Below, in pieces: positions 8,941-17,741 of a stretch of 64,000 bases of DNA; position 1 is the stretch's first letter; each line of letters starts with the position of its first letter. Location of the stretch: positions 160,001 to 224,000 of the IMG/VR virus record IMGVR_UViG_3300002092_001784; one strand, 5' to 3'. The position numbers were made by a program, and so were the translations under genes. The stretch is from a virus. Its lineage: Duplodnaviria > Caudoviricetes. Below the pieces are notes generated by a model. That model did no database searches, was not told the origin of the DNA, and saw only the letters and a program-made list of their open reading frames with translations.

Positions 8941-8981
8941 AATATTGAGTTTTGATAGTGTTTAATCTTAATACCAAAAAT

Positions 8982-9350
8982 ATGAGTACTTTGAATTTCA
9001 GTGATTTGACCGGAAAGTTGGTTGATGTGGTTGTTTCTGTTGGTAATTTATCAGATGTAAAAAACCTAAAGGTCTGTAAGGTTAAGGCCCGTTCGTTGTT
9101 ATTTATCGAAGTTGATAGAACAAATCGTAAAAACATCTTCCGCAAGGTGGCTATTAAAGATGTAGTAGGGTTTTTTAACTCAAATACCGAAACTCCGGTC
9201 ATCTCCATTAAAAAAGATGTCATTCCAACCAAATGGGAATCGGAGTGGGGCACAATCGGTACATTTTCACCATCGATAGTGAATAACCAACAGAGGGTGG
9301 GTCAATTTACAGGCCGTTCATATCGTAAAAGCCGTTTTTACGGTAGGTAA
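8982..9350 (+). CDS. hypothetical protein
   Basis: ATG 8982 (MSTLNFSDL) downstream of promoter. Confidence 0.7.
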   Translation: MSTLNFSDLTGKLVDVVVSVGNLSDVKNLKVCKVKARSLLFIEVDRTNRKNIFRKVAIKDVVGFFNSNTETPVISIKKDVIPTKWESEWGTIGTFSPSIVNNQQRVGQFTGRSYRKSRFYGR

Positions 9351-9397
9351 TTTTTTGTTTTAATCATTATGAAATTGTTTAACTTATATCACATATT

Positions 9398-9700
9398 ATG
9401 AAATATTTTGTACCGTTTATTTGGAGATTGATTGTTGTTTTGACTTTCTGTACTTTTGTGTTAATTTTATCAATACCATTTTTAATATTAGCTACTCTAT
9501 GGAATTTTAATCCAAAACAAAATTGGAAATGGTTTAAGGGTGATATGATTGATACTCCATTTATGATTCAAGACTCATTTGAATATTATGCCGAATGTGT
9601 TCTTTATGAACGTGGAGTAGTTACTGAAGAGCCAAAACGTTGGAGGTACAACTCTCCTATGGATTATTTATTTGGTAGAAAAACATATATATCTGAATAA
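9398..9700 (+). CDS. membrane protein
   Basis: Long N-terminal hydrophobic segment. Confidence 0.6.
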   Translation: MKYFVPFIWRLIVVLTFCTFVLILSIPFLILATLWNFNPKQNWKWFKGDMIDTPFMIQDSFEYYAECVLYERGVVTEEPKRWRYNSPMDYLFGRKTYISE

Positions 9701-9717
9701 CACTAAAATATAATACT

Positions 9718-9876
9718 ATGGATAATTATGAATTAATATACGAATTGCAAGATAAAATTATTGATTTGAAAAATCTTATAATAGAACTAAATTTGGAGAA
9801 TCAGTATCTAAAATCCCAAAATGAGCAGTTGAAATCGCAACTTACAACCGAACGGTGTATGAAATCTAATAAATAA
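9718..9876 (+). CDS. small coiled-coil protein (52 aa)
   Basis: MDNYELIYELQDKIIDLKNLIIELNLENQYLKSQNEQLKSQL heptads. Confidence 0.55.
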   Translation: MDNYELIYELQDKIIDLKNLIIELNLENQYLKSQNEQLKSQLTTERCMKSNK

Positions 9877-9881
9877 ATACT

Positions 9882-10082
9882 ATGAAAAATATTGAAGTTG
9901 GAACAAAGTTTGAAAATAATAATGGTGACCAGTTTGAAATCACATATGTATCACCGGCTAAATTTAGTTTGAAAGCAAAAAATGTAAGAACACAAATACC
10001 ATATTCATTTTTGTGGTCGGACAAGTTTGATACATTCGTTATGGAAACCAATGCAAAAGTTCAATTAGGAAATTTAATTTAA
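9882..10082 (+). CDS. hypothetical protein
   Basis: ORF track. Confidence 0.65.
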   Translation: MKNIEVGTKFENNNGDQFEITYVSPAKFSLKAKNVRTQIPYSFLWSDKFDTFVMETNAKVQLGNLI

Positions 10083-10095
10083 TTAAAACTGTTAT

Positions 10096-10446
10096 ATGAA
10101 TTTACAATTTAAGTCAGCTGATAAAAAGTTTAATACACCGTACGCAAAGTATCTAAACATTATTATACAGGAATCGTTTACAGATACATTCCCATCTATG
10201 GTTCGTATTGGTAGAGCCCCTGCTTATGCAAAACATCTAATCGGTAAGAGGTATATTGATTTGGAAAAGGCAATCAAAGTCATTGATGCGGTTTACTCCG
10301 AACACCTTATTTCAAAGAATAGAAAAACAGCTTATAAGGATTTGGTTGAGTTGGGTATTGAATCTGATAGTATAACCGAATATGTACCTATCATTCCAAA
10401 GATAGATTATTCACAAACCGTAGTTAGTAGTTCACCTATTGACTAA
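10096..10446 (+). CDS. hypothetical protein
   Basis: ORF track. Confidence 0.7.
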   Translation: MNLQFKSADKKFNTPYAKYLNIIIQESFTDTFPSMVRIGRAPAYAKHLIGKRYIDLEKAIKVIDAVYSEHLISKNRKTAYKDLVELGIESDSITEYVPIIPKIDYSQTVVSSSPID

Positions 10447-10609
10447 TACGTTATGTATAACCTGCAGTTTATCAGTAAGTTAACTATATTTTATATATAA
10501 ATTCTTACTAAACTGCAAGCTATGCATTTATTTTACCAGAAAATTGTTATTTAACATAATAAGTTATAGGTTTTCAAAAACCTATACATTAAAGCCATAA
10601 CCTATAATT

Positions 10610-11038
10610 ATGAAATTGACCGTAGAATTAGTCCCAAGAACTGCTTGGTATTCTAACGTTCGTTCTAATGTGTCTACCAAAGAGTGGGATAGACTTAGAC
10701 GTAAGTGTTACGAGCTTGCAAATCGTCGTTGTGAAATTTGTAAAGGTGTCGGAACTAAACACCCAGTAGAATGTCATGAGACTTGGCAATATGATGATAC
10801 CAATCATATTCAAAAACTTATAGGGTTAATAGCGCTATGTCCCAACTGTCATAAAGTCAAACATCCGGGTCTTGCTCAAATGAAAGGGGAAACGAAGCTC
10901 GTAGAGCAACAATTAATGAAAGTTAATGGGATTACTTACTCCGAAGCGATAACCGTTATAAATGAGGCATTTAAGCAATGGGAGCGACGTAGTATGTATG
11001 ATTGGAAGTTGGATATTAGTTACTTAGATACTTATTAA
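10610..11038 (+). CDS. HNH endonuclease family protein
   Basis: CEIC...VECHETW...IALCPNCHKVKH. Confidence 0.8.
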   Translation: MKLTVELVPRTAWYSNVRSNVSTKEWDRLRRKCYELANRRCEICKGVGTKHPVECHETWQYDDTNHIQKLIGLIALCPNCHKVKHPGLAQMKGETKLVEQQLMKVNGITYSEAITVINEAFKQWERRSMYDWKLDISYLDTY

Positions 11039-11039
11039 T

Positions 11040-11351
11040 ATGAATAAAATAGCACAAATATTTAATGCTTGGAAAATCTCATATAACCCAACCGATGAAC
11101 AATCCGAATTGGCAGCTGCCCGTATGGAAATATGCGACAGATGTGAATATAAAACCCAAGCTACTATATATGTACCATATACACATTGTAACCAATGCTA
11201 CTGTAAATTAGATAAAAAGGTATTCTCAACCGATACAGAATATACGCCCGATACAAAATATCAAACATGTCCGAAAGGATTTTGGGCAGATGTAGAGAGG
11301 ACATGGAGTTTGAAAAACAGTAAGAAGAAATACGATAGTTTGAAAAAGTAA
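11040..11351 (+). CDS. Cys-rich zinc-binding protein (DUF6171-like)
   Basis: RMEICDRC...CNQCYC...CPKGFW. Confidence 0.55.
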   Translation: MNKIAQIFNAWKISYNPTDEQSELAAARMEICDRCEYKTQATIYVPYTHCNQCYCKLDKKVFSTDTEYTPDTKYQTCPKGFWADVERTWSLKNSKKKYDSLKK

Positions 11352-11359
11352 TATTTATT
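11351..11359 (+). promoter_or_regulatory. candidate late promoter ATATTTATT
   Basis: Immediately before ATG 11363. Confidence 0.45.
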
Positions 11360-11362
11360 AGC

Positions 11363-11674
11363 ATGATACGATTAACCGAACTACTGAATGTTAACTTTAA
11401 TAAAGTAAATTGGACTAAACAGTCTGAAAACGATAAGGCTATTATCTATAATATAATGATTAATGGACGTACCGGTGGTCGTATTATTTACGATAAAGCT
11501 CGTAAAATCTACATAGCTACAATGGAAAACTCAGATAATACGTTTCAACCTAAAAGTTTTAAGTCTAAAAAAGATGCAATTACTTATATGAGTTCATTTA
11601 GTGTGTTCTCAAATCCAATTACGGTTATGGGTGGTAGTGAAGAACCATCATATCAATCATATGCAGGTACTTGA
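11363..11674 (+). CDS. hypothetical protein
   Basis: MIRLTELL-type start; ORF track. Confidence 0.65.
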   Translation: MIRLTELLNVNFNKVNWTKQSENDKAIIYNIMINGRTGGRIIYDKARKIYIATMENSDNTFQPKSFKSKKDAITYMSSFSVFSNPITVMGGSEEPSYQSYAGT

Positions 11675-11700
11675 TTAATAAAAAAAAAGAATATAAAAAC

Positions 11701-11728
11701 AAAAGGGAGTAAATAACTCCCTTTTTTT
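11701..11728. terminator. bidirectional intrinsic terminator
   Basis: AAAAGGGAGT-aaata-ACTCCCTTTT between convergent genes. Confidence 0.8.
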
Positions 11729-11984
11729 AGTCTGTAATCCGTACACCATTATATGGTTTGATAAACTGAAGAAATGCTTTACCTGTTGAATCAGAATCTC
11801 TAAATGCTTCGTAACTTTCAATTTTTACGTTATCATATTGATATTCAGCGATTGGTGCTCCTTCTCTTTTCTTAAAAGTTACAACTAATTGATTATTTTT
11901 TAAGTTCATTACTGAATTTTCAATCATAGATGAATCGTATGTAACCAGTTCTACAATACCTACCGTTTCTACTGCTTTTTTCAT
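11727..11984 (-). CDS. KTSC domain protein
   Basis: SSMIENSVMN...LVVTFK...YQYDNV...YEAF...STGKAF pattern. Confidence 0.7.
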   Translation of the reverse strand: MKKAVETVGIVELVTYDSSMIENSVMNLKNNQLVVTFKKREGAPIAEYQYDNVKIESYEAFRDSDSTGKAFLQFIKPYNGVRITD

Positions 11985-12014
11985 ATCTTTAGTTTTTCAT
12001 AGTTATATTTCTTA

Positions 12015-12046
12015 CAAAGATACAAAAAATATTTCACATTTCCAAA
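12015..12046 (-). promoter_or_regulatory. Bacteroidota sigma70 promoter for KTSC gene
   Basis: Minus strand TTTG, 20-nt spacer, TATCTTTG. Confidence 0.75.
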
Positions 12047-12059
12047 TATATAGGCAAGA

Positions 12060-12083
12060 AAAAGGGAGTTAATCACTCCCTTT
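12060..12083 (-). terminator. intrinsic terminator
   Basis: AAAAGGGAGT-taatc-ACTCCCTTT, near-copy of 11701-11725. Confidence 0.75.
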
Positions 12084-12109
12084 AACCGAAACCTTATGAT
12101 TTAATTTAT

Positions 12110-12916
12110 TTAGTATTTAGTTCCACAATGTGGGCAGAACTTATAAGATGCTTTTTTAACTTTAGCACCACATTCAGTACAGTAATTTTTTATATCATCG
12201 GATTGATATACTTTCTGTGACATTGGTAAAATTTTCCAAGTTACAATACTATCTGTATGGTGAAGAAATGACCGATTTGAATTTACAAAATGTTGGTCCG
12301 ATTTTTCACCTTTATCAATAATGCCCGTTTCAACTTTGGGTGTTGATGGTGCTGATCTTAAATCCTTATTGAAAAATGTCTTACTATCACATAATAACGA
12401 GTTGGATGATAGCGTATTATTTTTTATTGAATTGATGTGACAATCATTGGTTGTCGTAAACGATGCTACCCCACCAATAAAACCTCCCGTATTTGTTGTA
12501 TATATTGGGTAGTTGGTATAAGTAATCGCACCTACATATGGATTTGAAGTTGGTACATATTCATCAAAAAATTCAATTTGAACATTACCGTTTTCAGATA
12601 TAGCTATAAATGCCTCAACTGTACTATCCACTTCGTAAGTATGGAATACGAATTTATTATTACTATCCAAAAATCTTTCCAAAAATATTCGTTCAGCAGG
12701 ACGTAAAACGATACCACCGCCAGATATATACTGACCGTTTATCTTAATTTGAGCTAAAATGTGAATGTGTTTTGGATTGTATAATTCGATTGTAAATGTA
12801 TCCGAATCTTTCAAGTAAACGGTATTACCGAATTGTTTTAATCTTTGCTTAAATTCGTTGGCAATAAAAGCAGATGGTTTTTTAAGGGATACCCCATCCC
12901 AAATTGATTGTTTCAT
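12110..12916 (-). CDS. conserved-type phage protein with C-terminal zinc ribbon
   Basis: C-terminal YCTECGAK...FCPHCGTK. Confidence 0.7.
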   Translation of the reverse strand: MKQSIWDGVSLKKPSAFIANEFKQRLKQFGNTVYLKDSDTFTIELYNPKHIHILAQIKINGQYISGGGIVLRPAERIFLERFLDSNNKFVFHTYEVDSTVEAFIAISENGNVQIEFFDEYVPTSNPYVGAITYTNYPIYTTNTGGFIGGVASFTTTNDCHINSIKNNTLSSNSLLCDSKTFFNKDLRSAPSTPKVETGIIDKGEKSDQHFVNSNRSFLHHTDSIVTWKILPMSQKVYQSDDIKNYCTECGAKVKKASYKFCPHCGTKY

Positions 12917-13022
12917 AATTATTTCTCCTTATTTTTTAATTGTATATAAACTTTTATTCGTTGGCCTTTCTCCAACTCAAATGTCACAAAGGACACTAAA
13001 GGTTTAACCACAAGGTTTCATA

Positions 13023-13031
13023 TATAAATAT
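13023..13031 (-). promoter_or_regulatory. candidate late promoter ATATTTATA
   Basis: TATAAATAT on + strand, about 105 nt upstream of ATG 12916. Confidence 0.5.
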
Positions 13032-13066
13032 ATAGTAGTTATAGAAAACGACAGATTATTGGACAT

Positions 13067-13101
13067 AAAAAATGGGTATATTTGAAAAAAACATACCCAT
13101 T
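13067..13101 (-). terminator. intrinsic terminator after ompA-like gene
   Basis: AATGGGTAT/ATACCCATT stem with A-run on + strand. Confidence 0.6.
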
Positions 13102-13121
13102 CTTAAAATATTAAAAAATCC

Positions 13122-14258
13122 TTACTGAATAATAACAGATTCGGTTCTACGATTTAATGCATGCTCAGCTTCTGTACATTTAACACCATCTTTACATTTG
13201 TTAACCAATTGGGTTTCACCAAATGCTTGAGCGTTAATTCGATTTACACTAATACCTTTACCCACTAAATAATCGATAACAGATTTACCACGTTTTTCTG
13301 AAAGTTTCATATTGTAGTTTGCCGGTCCTCTTGAATCCGTATGAGATTTAATACTTACATTTACAGTAACATCTTCTTTTAGGTTAGATGCCAAACTGTC
13401 CAAACTTGCAGTAGCTTTATCTGTTAAATTCCATTTATCAAATGCAAAATACACTTTGTATTTATTTCCCAATACAGATGGTTTTACCACCGGTGCTGGA
13501 ATTGGCTTAGGTTCGGGTTTAGGTTCTGGCTTTGGTTGTATCGCTTTTGGCAGTTCAACTATTGGTGCTGCAACTTTTTTGTGAGGTATTACAAAAGATA
13601 TACCTACATAATTGTAAAGTTTTGTACCATACGTTGTAGTCCTTGCGGAGTTTTCAGAAGTTCTACCATCTAATCTATCAGTGTTAACCCAACTCCATTG
13701 AGTACCGATATTAAGCTTAACCGTTTCTGTTAATTTGATACCAATACCCACTCCTAATGGAATTACTGGAAATTCAGTTTTAGTTCCTGTTGTGATTCCC
13801 ACTTTATTATTTAAGTGAGCTATACCCAAGCCAACCTTTCCGTATAGGTAAAGATTTCTATCAAACTTATTTGCGGATAGCAGATTATTGATATTCCATA
13901 CTGAGTTCAAATCATACTCATTTACCAATGTTCTAAAATTAGGTTCACTGTACGGTGTATCAAATCCGTGATAGTTCGTACCCGGTAATAGTGTATTTTG
14001 ATTCCAATTCAGTTCTAATGCAAATGTATGATTAAAATTCTTTTTTACATTAGCCCCAAATCCAATACCCGCTTGGCTATCCCAATCGTAGGTTGAATGT
14101 GATTTTAGTCCATTGAATTGATATTCTCCGGAATAATTGGCAACTCCACCATTTACTCCAATTTCCCATTTATTAAATGGTTCGGTGTTTGTTTTATCTT
14201 GTGCTGATAAAAAATTGAATGAAAGCAATAACGCAATCATAAAAAACAGTTTTTTCAT
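13122..14258 (-). CDS. ompA: OmpA-family outer-membrane protein (beta-barrel + Pro-rich linker + OmpA C-terminal peptidoglycan-binding domain)
   Basis: Signal peptide; alternating beta strands; (PK/PE)n linker; YFAFDK, SHTDSRG...YNMKLSEKRGKSV, CKDGVKC, ALNRRTE. Confidence 0.9.
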   Translation of the reverse strand: MKKLFFMIALLLSFNFLSAQDKTNTEPFNKWEIGVNGGVANYSGEYQFNGLKSHSTYDWDSQAGIGFGANVKKNFNHTFALELNWNQNTLLPGTNYHGFDTPYSEPNFRTLVNEYDLNSVWNINNLLSANKFDRNLYLYGKVGLGIAHLNNKVGITTGTKTEFPVIPLGVGIGIKLTETVKLNIGTQWSWVNTDRLDGRTSENSARTTTYGTKLYNYVGISFVIPHKKVAAPIVELPKAIQPKPEPKPEPKPIPAPVVKPSVLGNKYKVYFAFDKWNLTDKATASLDSLASNLKEDVTVNVSIKSHTDSRGPANYNMKLSEKRGKSVIDYLVGKGISVNRINAQAFGETQLVNKCKDGVKCTEAEHALNRRTESVIIQ

Positions 14259-14286
14259 ATCTACTTAATTTTTAGTTAATTATATA

Positions 14287-14318
14287 CAAATATATATAAA
14301 ATATCCGAATTTTCCAAA
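14287..14318 (-). promoter_or_regulatory. Bacteroidota sigma70 promoter for ompA-like gene
   Basis: Minus strand TTTG, 20-nt spacer, TATATTTG. Confidence 0.75.
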
Positions 14319-14339
14319 TGTTTTCATATTTATTTTTAA

Positions 14340-14395
14340 TTAACAATTATTTAACATTTAACATTTGGAAATGTGGATTTTTTTTATTACATTTA
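14340..14395 (+). promoter_or_regulatory. TTAACA-N5-TTAACA box + Bacteroidota sigma70 promoter
   Basis: TTAACA 14340/14351, TTTG 14364-14367, 20-nt spacer, TACATTTA 14388-14395. Confidence 0.75.
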
Positions 14396-14418
14396 CAATG
14401 TAATAATTAATTAGAGTT

Positions 14419-14769
14419 ATGGCAACAAACAATGAAAAGACCGAAAAGTATTTAGAAGGTAATCCGATTGTTAGTAAATTTATTGATGAGGTTAACACCA
14501 AAATCAAAAATTATTATGAAACCTCCTTACGAGGATTGGAATTTGAACCAGTTGTGGTTGAAGTTGGAAATAAATTTATTCGAGTTTGGCATAATCGTTC
14601 GTGTTGGGGGTTTATCAGTAGAGTGGATGGTGTATTAAAAGGTTCACCAATTAAAAAAGGTGATTTATTGATGGCCGCAAGTTGGAAATCACCAGCTAAA
14701 CATTCCCGTGGTAACATCATCGAAGGCAATGCAAGATGGGGAGTATACGGCCCCGAATACCTAAAATAA
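14419..14769 (+). CDS. conserved-type phage hypothetical protein
   Basis: KGDLLMAASWKSPAKHSRGNI motif. Confidence 0.7.
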   Translation: MATNNEKTEKYLEGNPIVSKFIDEVNTKIKNYYETSLRGLEFEPVVVEVGNKFIRVWHNRSCWGFISRVDGVLKGSPIKKGDLLMAASWKSPAKHSRGNIIEGNARWGVYGPEYLK

Positions 14770-14774
14770 TAAAT

Positions 14775-16160
14775 GTGATATTAAGAGAAAATCAAATCAC
14801 ACCTGTGCAAGTGGGTGTGAATTTTTTTAAGCAAAAGAAGGCAGACCCTTCTATTATAGTTGCTCCAACGGCATTTGGTAAATCGATTGTCATCGCAAAA
14901 ATATGCCATGAAGTTGGTGAAAAAATGGTTATAATTCAACCATCAAAAGAGTTATTAGAACAAAATTATAATAAGTTCATAAATTTGGGTGGGGTTGCTT
15001 CAATATATTCTGCTGCAATGAAAGAAAAAGAAATTGGTGAAGTTACATATGCCACCATTGGTTCTATTGTTAACATTGCTCACAAATTCAAATCATTGGG
15101 AATTACAAAAGTAATTATCGATGAGTGTGATAGATTCCCACGTGAGCCTGATGGTATGCTTCGTAGATTTTTATCAGCATCTGGAGTTACGCATGTATTG
15201 GGATTAACAGCAACACCATTAAAACTACAAACCAATATGGGAGAAGATGGTCGTCCGTTTTCCAAATTAGTAATGTTAACATCACCTTCTAAGAAAGGTA
15301 TATTTTTCAAACATATTATCCATGTTGCCCAAATTGAAGAAATGGTTCGTTTAGGATTTTGGTCACCGTTGGAATATGAATCATATGATTTTAGTACAGG
15401 TGAGTTAGTATATAATTCAACTAATGCTGATTTTACGGAAGAATCAATACAGAGGGCTTACAAAAATCAAGATATTGGCGGAAAGATAGTACGAAGAATT
15501 GCTGATATGCCCGAACGAAAATCTATACTAATCGCAGTACCATCGATTGCCGCAGCAAAGGAGTTATCAACTCGGTTACCATCGTGCGAAGCAGTATTTT
15601 CGGATATGCCAAATGCTGATAGAAAACGTATTATTGAGGAATTTAAGGAACTGAAACTCAGAATCGTTGTGCAGGTAAATATTCTTTCAGTTGGATTTGA
15701 CCACCCGCAGTTAGATTGTATTATAACGGGTCGCCCAACCGCTTCATTGAGTTGGTGGTATCAATTTGTAGGTAGAGTAACTCGTATTCATAACGAGAAG
15801 CTAAATGGGCTTGTTGTGGATTTTGTAGGTTCAGTTCCGAAGTTTGGAAAGGTTGAAGATTTATTGTTCAAAAAAGATAGTATGAATTGGAAACTTTTTG
15901 GCGAAGGAGATAAATTATTGACTGGTATACCTTTACATGAAATTGGATTACATATTGATGGTCAACCTTCACCGCAAGAAAAAGTTATTATGGGTGCGCC
16001 GGAAGAGACTGTAATTATGACATTTGGTAAATATAAAGATATTGAAGTTATAAAAATTCCAAAGTGGTACAGAGATTGGATGCTGAACAACATTAAGAAA
16101 ACGACATACAATTCTCCAATAATGAATGAAATAGAAAGATTAAAAGAAATTGGGATTTGA
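14775..16160 (+). CDS. superfamily 2 helicase (UvsW/RadD-like) with C-terminal DUF3820-like domain
   Basis: APTAFGKS (Walker A), IIDECD (Walker B), GLTAT, SVGFDHP, QFVGRVTR; C-terminal MTFGKYK...IPKWY; likely GTG start 14775. Confidence 0.9.
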   Translation: MILRENQITPVQVGVNFFKQKKADPSIIVAPTAFGKSIVIAKICHEVGEKMVIIQPSKELLEQNYNKFINLGGVASIYSAAMKEKEIGEVTYATIGSIVNIAHKFKSLGITKVIIDECDRFPREPDGMLRRFLSASGVTHVLGLTATPLKLQTNMGEDGRPFSKLVMLTSPSKKGIFFKHIIHVAQIEEMVRLGFWSPLEYESYDFSTGELVYNSTNADFTEESIQRAYKNQDIGGKIVRRIADMPERKSILIAVPSIAAAKELSTRLPSCEAVFSDMPNADRKRIIEEFKELKLRIVVQVNILSVGFDHPQLDCIITGRPTASLSWWYQFVGRVTRIHNEKLNGLVVDFVGSVPKFGKVEDLLFKKDSMNWKLFGEGDKLLTGIPLHEIGLHIDGQPSPQEKVIMGAPEETVIMTFGKYKDIEVIKIPKWYRDWMLNNIKKTTYNSPIMNEIERLKEIGI

Positions 16161-16327
16161 CGCTTAGTTATTCCGTGTCTGCAGTCAAGCTTTATTTTAA
16201 GTCTGCTTTCTTTAACAGGCTAGCCGCTTTTCCGTTGCTGTCAACCCCTAAATAGATATTCAGACATTTTCAAAACGACAGAAAAAATATGTTAAAAAAT
16301 GTTAAAATGGAAATATACATGAAATCG

Positions 16328-16359
16328 TTTGGAAATCTCAAAAATTTTTAGTAACTTTG
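16328..16359 (+). promoter_or_regulatory. Bacteroidota sigma70 promoter
   Basis: TTTG 16328-16331, 20-nt spacer, TAACTTTG 16352-16359. Confidence 0.75.
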
Positions 16360-16381
16360 TAAAAACTTAAATAGTGTAGTT

Positions 16382-16621
16382 ATGGATGAAGCAGCAAAAG
16401 AGATGGTAAATCACCCACAACATTACGGTGGAAATGATAATCCATATGAAGTTGTTAAAGTGTGTGAAGCCTGGGGTTTGGATAAAGATGCATATATTTT
16501 CAATGTAGTTAAGTATGTGGCAAGAGCTGGTAAAAAAGACCCGAAAAAGGAATTGGAAGATATGAAAAAAGCATTGTGGTATTTGGAAAGAAAGATACAG
16601 AGATTATCTGAAATAAAATGA
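16382..16621 (+). CDS. DUF3310/SaV-like protein
   Basis: VNHPQHYGG...NVVKYVARAGKK...EDMKKALWYL. Confidence 0.85.
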   Translation: MDEAAKEMVNHPQHYGGNDNPYEVVKVCEAWGLDKDAYIFNVVKYVARAGKKDPKKELEDMKKALWYLERKIQRLSEIK

Positions 16622-17055
16622 GAAAATTAGAATACTTCAAGACAATAGCAAATATTGCCAAATTAAATTCAAATGATATAACAACTCAGACGGGGTGTGT
16701 TATTGTGGATGGTTCTGATATGGTAATATCAACGGGTTGGAATACGTTTCCATATGGTGTTAATACTAATATATCAGAACGACAAGAACGACCGGAAAAG
16801 TATTATTGGTTTATTCATGCCGAAATTTATGCGATAACGGAAGCCGCTCGTAACGGATTATCTACGGATGGATGTACAATGTATATGACGTGCGGATTAC
16901 CGTGTTGTGATTGTGCTAAAGCTATAATTAACGCAGGTATTAAACGAATTTATTGTGTGGATGGTGAAGGAGCTAAAGGTCCTATTTGGCAGGGGCATTT
17001 TGAACGTAGCGTTGTAATGTTAGAAGAAGCAGGTGTTGAGGTAATTTATTATTAG
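16618..17055 (+). CDS. dCMP deaminase
   Basis: HAE and PCCDC zinc-binding motifs. Confidence 0.9.
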   Translation: MRKLEYFKTIANIAKLNSNDITTQTGCVIVDGSDMVISTGWNTFPYGVNTNISERQERPEKYYWFIHAEIYAITEAARNGLSTDGCTMYMTCGLPCCDCAKAIINAGIKRIYCVDGEGAKGPIWQGHFERSVVMLEEAGVEVIYY

Positions 17056-17072
17056 GTTGGATATTTATTGGT

Positions 17073-17705
17073 ATGAAATATATAAGATTAACGGAATTAG
17101 ATAACAAATATCCATCCATCGATAAGTACACACGTGGTACTACCGATGGTAGTATTGTATTATATGGACAAACACCAACAAAGCAATTGGTATTTAATAT
17201 ATCAGATTATAAAACAATAACTCCGGTAGCAGGAACTACTTTTAGGTTTATTTTAGCTATTTCCAAAGATATAAATGATACTACTCCTAAATTATTTACG
17301 TCACAAGGATATTTCGATGATTTGGCAGATAGTTTTAAGACCCACAATCCATATTTTATAACTGAAAGTTTTGGATTCAAAGTAAATTTTTATTACAATG
17401 ATTTATTGGCATTGTATACATCATTATCTGCGAATGAAACTGCGGAAAGTGTTCAGATGAAACAAAATATTTCTATCAATGCCGGTGTGATTGATTATGA
17501 AACATTGGTACGATATATTGATTGGTGCGTTGCAACGGCAAATCTGAACGATCTAAATACAAATGGTGTATTACCAGCAAATTCATTAGGAAGCTGGAAT
17601 ATTACCGTTCCAAATACAACAACACAGACATCCAATGTAGTTATATCACCCTCTCAAATTACAACAGGTAATACGAATAATTTATTAGTTACTGGTTCGA
17701 TTTAA
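17073..17705 (+). CDS. hypothetical protein, possibly virion-associated
   Basis: Thr/Ser/Asn-rich composition like the structural module. Confidence 0.6.
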   Translation: MKYIRLTELDNKYPSIDKYTRGTTDGSIVLYGQTPTKQLVFNISDYKTITPVAGTTFRFILAISKDINDTTPKLFTSQGYFDDLADSFKTHNPYFITESFGFKVNFYYNDLLALYTSLSANETAESVQMKQNISINAGVIDYETLVRYIDWCVATANLNDLNTNGVLPANSLGSWNITVPNTTTQTSNVVISPSQITTGNTNNLLVTGSI

Positions 17706-17717
17706 TTTTTCTTTTCC

Positions 17718-17726
17718 ATATTTATT
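17718..17726 (+). promoter_or_regulatory. candidate late promoter ATATTTATT
   Basis: Intergenic, upstream of 17742. Confidence 0.5.
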
Positions 17727-17741
17727 AATAAATCAATACGA

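Noticed and set aside
13077-13084. Plus-strand TATATTTG as a promoter
   Set aside because: No -33 TTTG at 20-nt spacing and no downstream plus-strand gene; lies in the ompA terminator.
16161-16260. tmRNA or tRNA on the minus strand (GGGGTTGACAGC...)
   Set aside because: Too short; no acceptor stem, T-arm/CCA end or tag reading frame. Kept only as an unexplained island.
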